Assembly: GCF_018350175.1 (NCBI RefSeq)
Contig: NC_058368.1
Coordinates: forward strand, 179,554,001 to 179,618,000
Origin: Felis catus
Lineage: Eukaryota
Reading direction: 5' to 3'
Length of the DNA: 64,000 nt
A program made the translations under genes and the position numbers. The notes beneath the pieces are model-generated. The model was not told where the DNA came from, searched no databases, and saw only the letters and a program-made list of their open reading frames with translations. Below are positions 1 through 13,476 of this stretch, one piece after another. Within the stretch, counting starts at the first letter, position 1. Every line of letters begins with the position of its first letter.

Positions 1-780
1 GAGTACCTAGCACAGTGCCCAGAAAATAGGATCCATTATTTTTTGTTTGTTTGTTTGTTTTGTTTGTTTCCAGTCACAGCCATGGCTCCCCACACACCTG
101 CAGAGTCCTGATATGTAATAGTCCTTTCGCCCCCAGTGGTTTGGCTTTTGGTTTGAGGGTCTCCATGTCCAAGAAAACTTGTAAGTTATAGGTAAAGTAT
201 TGGGCCCAGGGACTGTTTTTCATTCCATGGACTTTGATATTTTCAATATGCTTCAGTCTAATATAAAGCTTCCTGTCAGGCCAAACTGAATGTGTTGCCT
301 TCCACTCACTTAAGAATTATGGTACTGCCTGAATGAAATACCACCCCGCCTAGGCTCGTTCCTTCTCTGTTTCCCCTTGGGTCCTTGTGGTAAAGCCCCT
401 TGCTATACTTACTGAATTTTTGTTAGTGAGCCTTGTCTTTGGAAACTCTACCCAACTGGAGTCCTCTGTGGGTTTTAATGAAAGTTCTCTCTGATCCTTT
501 GGGGTATGGGCTTTGTATCCTTGCAGGAGAACCATATGGTGATGGCACCACTCTCTTTACCAAAATGAGAAATAAGACTGAGTCCTCGTCTCAAATCCTG
601 GCTGTGACTCTGGATGGGTATTCTGAGTCCTTCCAGTCAGCCTGGAAGATCATTAGGAGACTAAGTGATGAGTCTGCCCTCATCCCAGAGCTCTTCTGCT
701 TTCCCAGGGGTCTTGGAGACTAGAGGAAGTAGCTGAAGCAGGGTGTGGAAGGAGGGTTGGGTCTGTGCAGTAACCCTAGA

Positions 781-1000
781 GTAACAATAAGAGCTTACTT
801 TCATGGGGACATTACATTGTGTCAGGCACTGTACTAAATGTTTCTTATTGTTTCATTTAATCCTCACAAGACTAGGATTAGGGCCTGACTGAGGCACAGA
901 AGGGATGAATAGTTTGTCCATGGTCATACATGTGACAAACAGTAGAGCTGAAATTCAGACCCATCTGTTTGACCCGTAACTTTGGTTTCTTAGCCACCAT
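781..1000 (-). mobile_element. MIR SINE, degenerate
   Basis: gtcaggcactgtactaaatg...tttcatttaatcctcacaa...gaggcacagaag, reverse of the MIR core. Confidence 0.7.
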
Positions 1001-1369
1001 GCTCTATAGCTTATAGTCTTCTTTACTTTTGAGGAACTACCAAGTGGGCTTCCTTGATTCCAAAGCAGTAAGTTTTACTGATTCCTAAGTGTGAAAGCAA
1101 AAGCAGAAAGATGGTGCAGATGGTCCGTGAATTAAAGCCCTGAGCTACTTGTCATCTCAGTTGCTGCTTGGGTCTCTTTTGTGGGGCTGTGCTTCCTTGT
1201 GCAAGTTTCAAATCCTGTAAACAGGAGACTCAGGGAAGAGTTGTATAGGACATCAGGTACCAACATACTATCCATTCATTCATTTGGCAAAGCTGTACTC
1301 AGTGCACCCATATGCACCTGTGATGCTCTGATGACCAAGCCATTTCTTATCTCCTCAATTTGCTCTTCC

Positions 1370-2140
1370 GAAAAACAACCACACATCACACCTACCACAA
1401 TGGCTGTAGTCAAAACAACAAAACAAAGACCAGAAACCCAGCAAGTAACAAGTGTTGGTGAGAATGTGGAGAAATTAAAATACAATGTAAAATGGTTTCT
1501 GTGAAAAGCATAAAAATAAAACGGTTTCTGTGAAAAGCAGTATGGCGGTTCCTCAGAAAGTTAAACATAGAATTACCATATGATCCTGCAGCTCCACTAC
1601 CAAGGTTACACTCCAAAGAATCGAAAGCGAGGACTCTAACAGATACTTATGCCACTATTCACTGTGGCATTATTCACTAGCCAAAAGGTAGGAACAATCC
1701 AGGTGTCCATCAACAGATGAATGAATAAGCAAAATGCGGTGTATGCACATAATAGAATATTATTCAGCCTTAACAAGGAATGGAGTTCTGACACACAACA
1801 AGGATGAGCCTTGAAAACATTATGTTAAGCAAAATAAGCTAGACACAGAAGGACCAATGTTGCATGATGTCACTTAAATGACATATAGAATAGGCGAATT
1901 CATGGAGATAGAATGTAGATTACAGGTTATCAGGGGCTGGGGGTAGGGTGGGGAATAGGAAGTCAATGCTTAATAGGTATAGAGTTTCTGTTTGGGGTGA
2001 TGAGAAAGATTTGGAAATAGATAGTGACTGCGGTTGTGTAATATTGGGAATGTTCTTAATGCTACTGAGCTATGTACTTAAAAATAGTTACAGTTGTAAA
2101 TTTTATGTTACATATATTTTACCAAAAGATGATAAAAAAA
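1370..2140 (+). mobile_element. L1 3' end (ORF2 tail and 3'UTR), L1MB-like, 5'-truncated
   Basis: aacaagtgttggtgagaatgtggagaaa, ttaaacatagaattaccatatgatcc, ggatgagccttgaaaacattatgttaag, ending in an A-rich tail. Confidence 0.85.
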
Positions 2141-3279
2141 ATAATCTCATCACAAGAGAAGCAAAAAGTCTTCTCTGTAAAGGAGCAAAATCTTACAGAC
2201 ATCTCTTTCTTATTCATCTCAGCACCCAGGCCTTACACCTAGCACAGGGCCTGGTATATAGTGCATGCATATTCCTTTTTTTGCTGAACCAAACTGGGAA
2301 CAGACTAATTCCATTTGTAGTTGAAAATGGCAGTGAGGCTGTTGAGTGTAAATTTTACTACCATGGCAACTGTGGAGCACAAAGACAATAAATATGAAAA
2401 TGCAGTAATATTTTTGGCAGGTGGGGTCAGCCGGAGGTAACATGGCCCATTGCAGGTAAATATAAGATTTGAGGGAGAGCGAAGTGTTAGTGATTGTTAC
2501 AAAAACTCAGAAAGCACCCAAGCAGTGTCCTCTTTGTTCTGGTTGGGAGCATTCAGACAGCTTTCTGGGCCAATGGAACCAAAATGGATAAAAGGTTGGA
2601 ATCCATGTTGGTATTAGACTCCAGGAATCTTTGTTCGAAGCTCTCAAGGGCAGACGAGAGGCCAACCATACTTCTCTCCATTTATTCATGACATAGTTCA
2701 AATCCTCAGGAAGAGGCGTTGTGGGTCTACACATCTCCTTGGCTGTTGGCAGAATGCTATCCGCTATCTAAGGGGAAGAAGACAGACCACAATTTGGCAT
2801 TTAAGGAAATAGACTGGGAAGAGATGAGAGGGATTCATCTTGCTGCGTTGTCTCATGGGCCAAAAGCTTCGTTTCGAAGAAAATGGTTTCTAAAAGCTGT
2901 TGTGAGTTTTGTGTTACATTTAGTTGTGCTCCTTCTGTGAACAGAGGCTTAGATAACCATTTTGGGTGGGAAAGAAAGTCATTTCTTCTCCTCCCCTCCA
3001 ACACCCTTTCCCTCTTGACTGATAGACACATTTAATCATTATTAGCAAGTGGGGGTCTTAGAATCCAAGAGCCTGATCTCCTGCAGTGTCCACCGTCCTG
3101 CTGTCAGCCCACCTGTGACTTCCTTTCAGACTCGGAGTTGGGAGCTGTATTCCCTTCTTATGTTTTGTGTGACACAGCGTCACCATGAAAGAGTCTGGCC
3201 CTCTGACACTACTGGGGGGGGTAAACCCCATTTGGAAAGATTCTTAGGCAGCCTGTGGAGGAAGTCTGGAGCTGATTTC

Positions 3280-3500
3280 ATGATAGTAGAAAGACCGTGG
3301 GGTTTGGAATTAGGGCTGCATTTGAATCCAGGTTTTGACACTCGATAGTTGTAAAACTGTGATGAGTCACTAAACTTCAGTTTCCTTATCTGTAAAATGG
3401 GCACAGTGGTAGTTAGGTCTCAGGGTTCACTGTACAGCCCCTATTCATGAGAAGTACCTGCATACAACCTGCAAGTAAGCATCTGTCCAGTACTTGGCAG
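3280..3500 (+). mobile_element. MIR SINE
   Basis: tttgaatccagg...cttcagtttccttatctgtaaaatggg core. Confidence 0.7.
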
Positions 3501-3649
3501 CTACTGCTGGTGTGAAGAAACCCAACAGCTATTTTGTGTTGTTTGGATCTGGCACTCAAGCATAGTGATGCTGGTCTGCTGGAAAAATCCCAGCCAGTCG
3601 TAATTTAGTAGAGGTCAGGGTAGCATCCAGCTGCATGCCGTGATACAAA

Positions 3650-3860
3650 GAGCTAACATTTAGAGATTACTCGCTATATTTAAAGCACCAAGCTGATTGC
3701 TTTATGCAAGCTATCGTGTTCAATTCTCACAACTCTATATGTTGGTCCTATTATTATACCCATTTTTCAGAAGACAAAACTGAGGCTTAAGTGACTCATC
3801 TGAGACCACCCAACTAGTAAGCACTTGAGCCCAGATAGTTTGACTCCAGAGCCCCAGTGC
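3650..3860 (-). mobile_element. MIR SINE
   Basis: cccatttttcagaagacaaaactgaggcttaagtgact...tgactccagagccc. Confidence 0.7.
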
Positions 3861-4446
3861 ATAAGCAACACATGGCTGCTATGGCAGGAAAACCTTCCTT
3901 GAGATTGCTTTGCAAGCTGAGCTAGGAAGATGCCAGTCTCAAGATCTGTCATGTGTTATGACCACTCAGTCTTAGAAGCCTGTGTCTCATCTTGAAAATC
4001 TCCCCATTTGCCCAAGAATGAAGTCCCCATTCTTTGTTGCCTTTCCAGGCTTGCCAAATCCAGTCCCCATCAATCATGCATTAATTAATTAGTTCATTCT
4101 TTCATTCACTCTGTCAACATTCATTTGCTCAACAGCTCCTTTGGACCATGACTATTAGCGCTGGAGATCACTTATGGAGTACTTACTAGACCCCAGGCAC
4201 TGTTGTGGTGACTTTTACACATTACCCAGGTACTCATAATACAACTCTACATGGTAGACCTCATCACCACTTACTGCTTATTACTACTTTACAGTTGACA
4301 AAATAGAGGCCATAAGGAGGCTAAAGTAGTTGCTTAAGGTTCCAAGAAGTATGTCAGAGCCAGGAGTCAAATCCTTTCATCAACCCTTGATCCGAGGAAC
4401 TGTCTTCCCTTTCTCAATGCCTGTAGCATTAACTAGTTCTCTAAAC

Positions 4447-4893
4447 TATTGGTTCCTAAACTTGAGGAGGCATCAGAATCACCTGGGCTTGTTTAAAAAT
4501 AATTTTTTTTAACATATATTTATTTTTGAGAGAGAGAGAGAAAGAGAAAGAGAGAGGGAGAGAGAGAGAAACAGAGCATGAGTGAGGGAGGGGCAGAGAG
4601 AGGGAGAAACGGAACTTGAAGCAGGCTCCAGGCTCTGAGCTGTGAGCACAGAGCCTGATACGGGGCTCGAACTCATGAACCGCGACATCATGACCTGAGC
4701 CAAAGTCAGACGCTCAACCGACTGAGCCACTCAGGTATCCCATGGGCTTGTTTAAACACAGACTGATGGGCGTCACCTCCAGAAGTTCTGATCTAGGAGG
4801 TTGGAATGAGGCTGAAGAATGTGCATTTCGAATAATAGGTTCCCAGGTGATGCTGATGCTCCTGGCTGGGTGACCCCACTTTGGGAACCACTG
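4447..4893. mobile_element. MER5A (hAT-Charlie) DNA transposon relic, split by a SINE
   Basis: tggttcctaaactt...catcagaatcacctgg on the left; ttcccaggtgatgctgatgct...cactttgggaaccactg on the right. Confidence 0.8.
4498..4742 (-). mobile_element. Felid SINEC (tRNA-derived) inserted in MER5A
   Basis: T-rich tail, (GA)n and SINE body; 14-bp TSD tgggcttgtttaaa at 4484-4497 and 4743-4756. Confidence 0.95.
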
Positions 4894-5488
4894 TTCTAAT
4901 CCAAGATCTTTGAGGACAAGGATCCCATCTTTGTTGTTCTCCTTGCATTACAGTACCTGGCACAAAGTAGATGCTTGATGCGTCTTTGTCATTTTGAATT
5001 GTTTGATCACATATTCATTTCTCCTTCATATACCATGTTTTTATTTCTCCATGTGCAAATAGGCTTTGCCATGTAGGATTTAAACTCCTGGGGGTCAGAA
5101 ATTTCACCTTCTTAAAAAAATAAAAAGGAATTTCACCTGATATTTCGTAGCGTCTTTTACAGAGCCAGCCTCGCACACACTGGGTGTTAGGTAAATGTGA
5201 GCTGGTCAGTTGGTTGATTCAGAGACCAGCCTCGCTAAGACCGAATTTACAAGCCACTTGAACTCTGCACGTATAGCTCTTGAGACAATCTCTAGATACC
5301 TAGAAGAGGTCCCAGTATATAGTTGGTGCTCAGTAGTGCCTGTTGAATGAATATCCTCAATCTCTGTGGCTTTGTGGCCAAAAACCTCAGGTTTCCCCTC
5401 ATATCTTGAGCGCAGTTCCAGCTTGGGAGCTCAGCCTCAAAGTGTAGTTTGGAGGATGGAATTTTCCAGGGTTTTTGGTTTACCCAGG

Positions 5489-5666
5489 GCAATGATTCTT
5501 AACATTAGCTACACATTGGAATCACCTGGGGGGCTTTAAAATAATATTAATGACTGATCCCTACCCCTGGAGATTCTGATTTCATTGTTCTCAGTGTGGC
5601 CTGGGCAGCAAGTTTTGTATAGATCCCTTGGTGATTCTACTGTGCATCCAAGAATGGGAACCCTGA
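5489..5666. mobile_element. MER5-family DNA transposon relic
   Basis: acattggaatcacctgggggg...ggagattctgatttcattg...ggtgattctactgtgcatccaag. Confidence 0.7.
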
Positions 5667-8359
5667 TCTAGAGCACTTGGTGGCATAAATTTCTCTTGAG
5701 CATTTGTAGAAGGTTGTGCATGTATGTGAATATGAGTGCACATGTGTGTAGAGAAGTGCAGGGCTATGCGCTCCTGGAGTGGCACAGAGTGATCCTCTCT
5801 GATGCTAGAATAAGGGTGTAGGAACTAGAAGTCAAGCCTTGGGTAAAACCTTGGCAAAGCCAGAGGGTACTTGAGAGTGCTGAGCAGGCCTGCCTCTGTC
5901 TCCCATGGCTGCCTTTAGCTGACTGTTGGTTGCCACATTCCATGGCTAAGGAGGCTCTATTTCAAGGCTGAATGCAGGTGGTGTGGCTTTTGCAAGGCCC
6001 TTTTGTTCACTCTCAAATCAGAAGGGGCCGTCCTCCCAGGGGCTGAGGTGTGGGGCTTAGTATTTGGCATCACGCACATCAGTGCTGAGCTTATTCTTGG
6101 GTTTCTTAGTGGAAATGCACACGGCTACTTGAGACCCAGGAGCTGGCTGAGAGCAATGGGAAAGGTCATGCCTGGGCCCCCACCCTAACAGGTTGCTTGA
6201 CTCAGCATAATCCTGGTGTAATTAAGCATGACAAGAAGAAAAGGGGGAAAGGGCTAGCGGTTACCAGTGTGCACTCAGCCCAGGCCCCCAGGGACTAGGG
6301 TATTCAGAAGTGCCAGCTGTTCTCAATTTTATTGGAGCCAAGACTTGGCTCACCTACAGCCATCTCCACCAATTTGTCCCTGGGCATTTGGGGTGTGGTT
6401 CAGTGGACCTGTAGCATCAAGTATCCCAGAGAGATGGTTGGGTGAGTAATTCTTCCCTTCTCTTCTCTCTTGTCATATCCTCTCAGAAGCTGTGTGTGAG
6501 AGACACAATCACGTTAGTGCATACAAATCACCCACTGTTGTCTGAGTGGTTGTATTAGGTAAGGCAGGCACTGTGCTGAGCCCTGGAGCAAGGACTGGTT
6601 CCTGAGACTTGGTTACACTAGTGGGAAAGCAGTTAGTCAGGATAAAGTCTGGAATCAAATCCAATCACATACTTGAGCCAGATAGATAATATAAATGGGT
6701 GAATTGGGCTGCCTGTGAAGACATAGGGAATTATGGGGGCTCATAAGGGCATAAGTGAACGGGGGACCACATGCTCAGCAAAAACTCATTATTTAAAAAC
6801 CCTTGTTTGCCAAGCAAACAAAACAGGGTCTGTACAGTGGGAATCAATGATGGGGAGCCAATGTGACACCCACTTCTAGCCACTTAGGGTGGGGAGTACT
6901 CAGCCAAAAGATTGCAGGCTCCCTCATGTCTATGTGCAGGTCTAGAAACCTAAATTTCAGAATGGACTCATGATCCTGGAGGTGTTGTCTTTTGGGGCCA
7001 GCTGCACCCACAGTTGCTGCTTAGGGAGTCCACATTGAGCATCTGTGAAAGCTTCCAGAATGCAACTGGCCAAATCAGGAATTGACCAGGAATCGGGAAT
7101 CAGGAATTGGTCTGGTGGAGGGATCTAATGAGACTGCAAACATGATAGGGAAGAAATTGCAATGACTCTGCCCTTACTCTCCCTTTCTGTTCCCTTAGGA
7201 ACATGAGAAGCAAAGGACAGAGGAAGGAACAGAGAGGGATCCTGAGCACACTTATCCATGTTTCCTTCAACTTAGACTTAGGAGAGCTTGGTAGATTTCT
7301 GTCCTGCTCCCACCCAGTTTCCTTCTGGTCTCCTTCTTCCTCACCTGCCTACCTTACCCAGCACTGTGTTCATTTATCCATCACTGGACTATGGACCCAG
7401 ATCTCCCAGGGGGAAGCCCCAGAGGCTTTTCCTGTGGTCTCAGTTTCCTGAGCTCTACTCTGCAGTACTAGGGTCAATGGCAAGGTTTCTGTGGATCACG
7501 AGGCCTTCAAAGGTCAGAGCCTCAAAGGTCCTTCCAGCAAGAGGCTTGTGAAGAAACAAGTCACTTGTGCTTATGGAATTTGAATGGCAAGTCCCTTTCT
7601 CTGGGGTTTGAAGCACTACATAGCTTCTAGTGCTTGCTCGCTTCTGACATGGTGCTATTTTTAGCATTGTTCTCCAGATATATGGGACTCTCCCACTGTT
7701 GTTCTCTTTTTATTTGTTCATCCATGTGCTTGTATTTTCCACAGTGAGTGTGCTGCAGTGAAATGGTTTCTGCAAAGCCCCTTGCCTCCTTCCTAAAACA
7801 GTTTACCCCTTTGCAGTGCCCCACACACCAACACCATGGCCCCAAGCCACGTCAGAGTGAACAAACCACAGACTGAAATTGCAACCATTCAGGAAAGAGG
7901 AGTCTTTAATTTGGGCTTAAAATAGCCCACAGCCTGAGAGTTTGGGGGACCAGGAGCAAGGTGTAATCGTAGGAGTGGGCATTGGAGACCCACCCCGGAA
8001 TGACTGGGCAGAGACTGTGGGCAGAGCGAAAGACAGGCATAGAAGTTGGGGGTCTGGGCTGGAGTCCCCCACAGTTCATTTAATACTGTCTTCTTGAGTC
8101 TCTTTTCATAATGGAAAAGTGAATGACATGGCAATAAAAATACATGGCAACCACCCACTCCATTTGGAATGGTGTGTCTGCTCCCCTCTTTCCTCAAAAC
8201 TCTGTGCAGGCATCATTGTAATATTAGCTGTAATCAGAGCCACCATATTGCTGAACTCCTGGGTAACTATGCACATTATGTCCTTCAGGGGTGCCAGTCT
8301 CACTGTATTCTCTCGAACAGCATCTCCTGAAGTTGTGCAAGCAGCAGGAGTGGTGATAA

Positions 8360-8590
8360 TAAGAGTAAAGGGATGTTGAGCATTTATGGGCTGGGCATTG
8401 TCCTGTCCTCTTGATATGCATACAGTAGATTAATTCTCAACCCATGAAGAAGACATTGCGATTGTCTCCATTTTACAGATAGAGAAATGGAGGCACAGAG
8501 AATTTAAATAACTCCCTGCATCATGATGCTGAGTCAGCCACGGTGCAGAATAAGCTTCAGTCCAACCCTGGTGCCCATACTTAAGCATTA
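8360..8590 (-). mobile_element. MIR SINE
   Basis: ctccattttacagatagagaaatggaggcacagagaatttaaataact. Confidence 0.7.
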
Positions 8591-8650
8591 TGCATCACCC
8601 TCCATGTTAATATTGTGGTTTTTATTCTTCTGGTTATTGTGAATGCTGCC

Positions 8651-9009
8651 TGTCTTAGCTCAGGATGCTATAACAAAATGCCATAGACAGGATGGCTTAA
8701 ACAACAGACTTTTATTTCCCATAGTTGTGGAGGCTGAAAATCTGAAATCGGGGTACAAACACGATTGAGTTCTGGTGAAAGCTGTCTTCCTGGCTTGGGT
8801 ATGGCTGCCTTCTCTCTTCCTCACATGTGGAAGAGAGTGGTCTGATGTCTCTTCCTCTTCTTATAAGGGCACTCATCTCCTCATGGGGCTCTACTCTCAC
8901 GACCTCATCTACACATAATTACCTTCCAAGGCACCCCCTCCGAACATCCTCACACTGGGGATTAGGACTTTAACAGAAGAATTTGGGGGAGACACATTCA
9001 GTTATAACA
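8651..9009 (-). mobile_element. MaLR solo LTR, MLT1A/MLT1A0-like
   Basis: TG...CA ends: tgtcttagctcaggatgctataacaaaatgccatagac...ggcttaaacaacaga, through atttgggggagacacattcagttataaca. Confidence 0.85.
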
Positions 9010-9058
9010 CTGATATTTCCTTGTTTCCAAACCTACCAGACTTTGTAAGCTCCTAGAT

Positions 9059-9379
9059 CAGGGGTCAGCAAAAATTCTCTGTCAAGTACATATTTAGGCC
9101 CTTGGTACCAGTCTCAATAGCAGCTACTCAGCTCTGCCCGTGTAGCACGAAAGCAGCCACAGACAGTCTATAAACAGATGAGTGTGGCTGTGTTCCAGAA
9201 AAACTGTATTTATGGGTACTGAAATTTGAATTTCATATATTTTTATGTGTCGTGAAATATTATTCTTCTTTTGATTTTTCAACCATTTAAAAATATAGAA
9301 GCCATTCTTAGTTCATGGGCTATACAAAAACAGGCAGTGGGCTTGATTTGGCCTGTGGGCCATAGCTTGCTGACCTCCA
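9059..9379. mobile_element. MER58B-like hAT-Charlie element
   Basis: Inverted termini caggggtcagcaaa / gcttgctgacctc; internal gagtgtggctgtgttccag and gatttggcctgtgggccatag. Confidence 0.8.
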
Positions 9380-10268
9380 TCCCAGAGTACAGGGATTTGG
9401 AAGGTTATGTATTTATTTTAATCCATGGCTTCCCAGGATCTCTCTTGATCCTGACCCTCAGTTTCCACCCATAAATGCTGATTGAACGAATTACTGCATA
9501 GTAGGCTCTCTGAGGTATACTAGATGATTCTGGGATACTGATTTTCGGAAAATGAGTAAAAAGTTCCCTTTACTCAAAGCAAGGGATGGAAATCCAGTCT
9601 TTGTCACAATTGCTAGAAGACGGCAGGAGCCTCCCTTCAGGGATTTTTGTAGAACAGCGAAAAGAGAATTTTTTTTTCTGCATGAAGTGTAGAGATTTAT
9701 TCTTCGCAAATAGACCTACAGAATGTGATTCGTAATAGGAAACAGATTTTCCCCTGAAGATAAATGGAATGTCCCCCACCTCCCAAACTGAGAAGAGAAT
9801 TGTTTCCTCTTTACAAAGGAAACAAATTGGATTCTCAAAGGAATCATCAGAGAAGTTTTAAAAATTGTCATAATAAGCAAGATATGGTTTCATGAATGAT
9901 GAAAGGGATATTTGCCTCTTTGGGTCCGGACATGCAGGACTGGTTGGAGAATCAGATGAGCCCTTCTCTCTCCCAACCTAGCTCTTGTCCCTAGGCATTT
10001 TATTGGTGCCAGATGCAGGAAAGTGGCTCCCACCTGACGGGTTGGTGGGTCCATCGCTGCCCCGCTGGTGTACTATAAAGGTATCCTCTTCCTTTTTAGC
10101 TCTTCTTCTTTAGCACGCTATTAAAGAAGGTCCTTATTCCTCAGCCAAGCTTCCTGTTAGCTACATTCATTTTGGTCCATGGGAGAAGGCATTACAAATG
10201 GGAGACTTGCCTGAGCAAAGGCATGGTACTTGAGATGAGCCTGGTGTGTATGTGGGGTATGTGGCGGC

Positions 10269-10289
10269 GGGGGGGGGGGGGGGGGGGGG
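10269..10289 (+). repeat. poly(G) tract, 21 nt
   Basis: Direct reading. Confidence 0.9.
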
Positions 10290-10729
10290 AGGGGCAGTGG
10301 GTGGTGTGGGGAACCTGCCTAGATAGATGAGCTCTTTGGGCTACATTTCAAGGCAGCCAGGGCACAAGGCTGAGGCCTCTTGTCTTGCTGAGAGCAGAGA
10401 AGCACAATGATGCTTTTGGTTATGGATGCCAAGAGTTGGTACACAAGTAAGAGTGGCTGGGTGAGGGAGGAGCTAGTCATTTGATCCAAAAGCCTTAATT
10501 TTCCCATTCTTTGCTGGATCCTGGAGATGTACAGGAGACTCCCACACAACCCTTGCCCTCTGGTTGTTCATGGTAAAGTAGACGATATAATTCTTTCAAT
10601 TCCTTCAATTCCTTGTGATGTAGGAGAGCAGAGAGCAGGGAGCCCTGACAATCTAGCCTGCCCTCCAAAATCATTACTTTGTGGATAATACTTAGATGTG
10701 CGAACTGGGGGATGTTGCGTAACCTCTAG

Positions 10730-10865
10730 GGAGCTCAGTTTTCTGTAAAACAGGGCCAATAATAGTACCCACCTCTTAGAATTTCTGTGGGAACTCAAAG
10801 GAGATGAACAGTACCTGACACATAGTGATAAATCAACACATGCCAAACTATTATTATTATTACTG

Positions 10866-10900
<35 letters not shown>
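10730..10900 (+). mobile_element. MIR 3' half with expanded (TTA)n tail
   Basis: ctcagttttctgtaaaacaggg...aatagtacccacctc...tacctgacacatagt, then (tta)n at ~10849-10900. Confidence 0.7.
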
Positions 10901-12529
10901 GCTTTCCAGCAGTTATAATTTCCAACATTTGTACAACTCTTTTAATTTATCAGGCCCTTTATCTTGAATATTTTATCATCTTTAAAGCCTGCTAAGGTTC
11001 AGTAGGTACTATTAACCCCATCCTCACATGAGCAGAGCGGCTTGCCCCAACCACACAGTTATACTGTGTCGTGATCCCTGATGGTACAGCTTCAGCTCTG
11101 TGCCATTCTGCTTTCTTGCAGGGGTACGGGGCCATGTCAGCCTGATGGGTGATTCCAGATAGGTGAGAAGTATTCTCTGCTCTCAAGGAGCTTATAGTCT
11201 AGTTGAGATTTGAAGAGCCTTGTTCTAGGAAGTAGAGAGTCCACATACAAGTAGAAGCCACTTTTGCTGTCTCCAGCAAGAGAAAGCAGGCCAGAAGTGG
11301 ACTGGCCAAGAGTCCTCTAATGGAACCATCAGATGACACCCAGAATCTTCTTGTGCTGAACCTGCAAAGACCTGTCTCTGATTTCCTGCATGTCACTCGG
11401 CAAATTCCCTCCATGTGTGAAATGAGCAATGGAGCCAACTCTCTGGTAGATGGTGTTAGCTCCAAGTTGCATCACATTCCACCCCCTCCTCCTTCGCAAC
11501 AGACCTTAACATTATTCTGTGATTACTTCGCATCATCCTTCCCAAATGTGCATCAAATTAAAGAGTTATTAGGGCATGGCAGGACATGTTTATGGGGAAG
11601 AATTTCCTTTAAAGTCACAGCTCAGCCTGAACTCACTTTATTAGTGTTTATACAAAGTATGTAGTCTGTTCCAATGCAATCCATGTTTATATTCCTGTAG
11701 CAATCATTGCATTCCTGGGGCTGCTCCTTCCTGTTTTCTTAAAGTGATTACTGCACCTATATTAAAAGTTAATAGTGTGTGTGCTCTATGGCTGTTGGGT
11801 TTGGAAATGTGCATCATTTGGAGAATGACACTTAACCATGACATGTCCTACAAATGGTATAAGCTTTGAAGTGTTTGCCGCCCAAGTGGACAAGAAGGGA
11901 CATTCCTTAAGAACAAGGACATTGTGAACAGTCAGGCCCCTTGGGAGTACTTCCTTTGTCACTCACCTCTGTTGTGGGTTTTTGTGACTGTAGCTAGGAT
12001 GACCACTTGTGCTGAATTGCTTAGAACAGTCCTAATTTCTGCCTCTTTGCCTGAAATAATCATTAATGGCATCTCTTTTGATTCACAAAAGCATTCAAGT
12101 TTGGATGAGAAATTATATGATCACTCTAGTTCTAACTGGTGATCAGATTTACTGGTACAAATGAAATACTGATACTGAATTTGGATCTCAAGTCATTGTC
12201 AATGAAAGACAAATGTAACTCAGTTAAAATTGTCGATAAAGAGCTAGGTTCAGATCACTCAGCCATTCAACAAATGTTTATTTGTGCTTTTTATATGTCA
12301 GACATTGTGCAGGACCCTGGGGATTCAAACATAAGTAAGATACAGCCCCAACTCCCAAAAAGTTGGAGTTTACTGGTTTAGTTAAAATTGTGGGTATGTT
12401 AAGGAAACTCTCTGATCAGACCATTTCATTTTGCCTTTCACCCCTCAGGACTCTATTTTTTGCAAGTTGATTGATTGCTAAGTTCTCAGGCACTGACCTC
12501 TAACTGTCTGAATATAAATGCCCTTGGTG

Positions 12530-12710
12530 TACTTACCAGCTTGTGATCATAGATAAGGGTCATAATCTCCCTGTGCCTCCATTTGTTCATTCATAAAATG
12601 GAACTAATAATAGCACCAGCCTTGCAGGCTGGTTGTAAGGATTACAAGAGGCACTGAATGTGAAGTACTTAGAATAGTGCTTAGCACATGGTCAACACCC
12701 AGCACACATT
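12530..12710 (+). mobile_element. MIR SINE
   Basis: ctccctgtgcctccatttgttcattcataaaatgg...tgaagtacttagaatagtgcttagcacat. Confidence 0.7.
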
Positions 12711-13055
12711 GGCTCTTGCATAATAATTACTCCACAAATATTTATTTAGACTCTAATGTGGGCTGGCTGCAGCTTTCCTACCTCTGTTGACTAGAACTTA
12801 GGTGGCCTTCTTAAAAACATAATTTAAGGTAATGTGTGTTAATGGAGTCCAAAGCCTGTGAGAATTTTCATGGGTGAGAATTCAGGGTCAGTGAGATTCT
12901 GACCCTGGGGATCAACCAGTTTATTTTCCTCCTTTCAAAGGTTGGGGGCAGGTAGCTTTTCCAAAATCATGCTGTGGGTTAGAAACAGAGCACAGAGAAA
13001 AATCATGGATACTTAGCTTCTTAGGCCTTTCTTTCCCGCTCTGCCAAACTCCCAT

Positions 13056-13476
13056 GTGTATCAGTTAGTACGGAGAAGACTATGCTGCAGAAACAAATCC
13101 AGATTAGCAGTGGCAAAACACAATAATAGTGTATTACTTTCTTATATCAGAGTCTAGTGTAGTTGGTCTTGGTAGTGGGCTGTGACCATCTTGTCACTCA
13201 GGAACCCAGGTTCTTTCCATCACAGGACACTATCATTTTTGAGACATGGCCTACACATGTCAAAGAAGACAAGAGAAGGGAAGAGAGTATAATGTGAAGG
13301 ATGTTTTATAGCCTTGCCTACAAATGGCTTGTATCACTTTCATCCACATTTCTTCAAACAGAAATCAGTCACGTGGTCCCACCTAGATATAAGGGGTGCC
13401 CAGAAATTTAATCTTGCTGTTTACCTAGGAGGAAAATAGAATCGTTTGGTGAACACATAGCATTGTTCCTGCCATA
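13056..13476 (-). mobile_element. Old MaLR solo LTR (MLT1K/L-like)
   Basis: tgtgtatcagttag...tatgctgcagaaacaaa; gtcactcaggaacccagg; aaatcagtcacgtggtcccaccta; tttggtgaacacatagcattgttcctgcca. Confidence 0.65.

Noticed and set aside
7072..7112. Short imperfect ggaat(c/t) repeat
   Set aside because: Only about four degenerate units; consistent with ordinary slippage.
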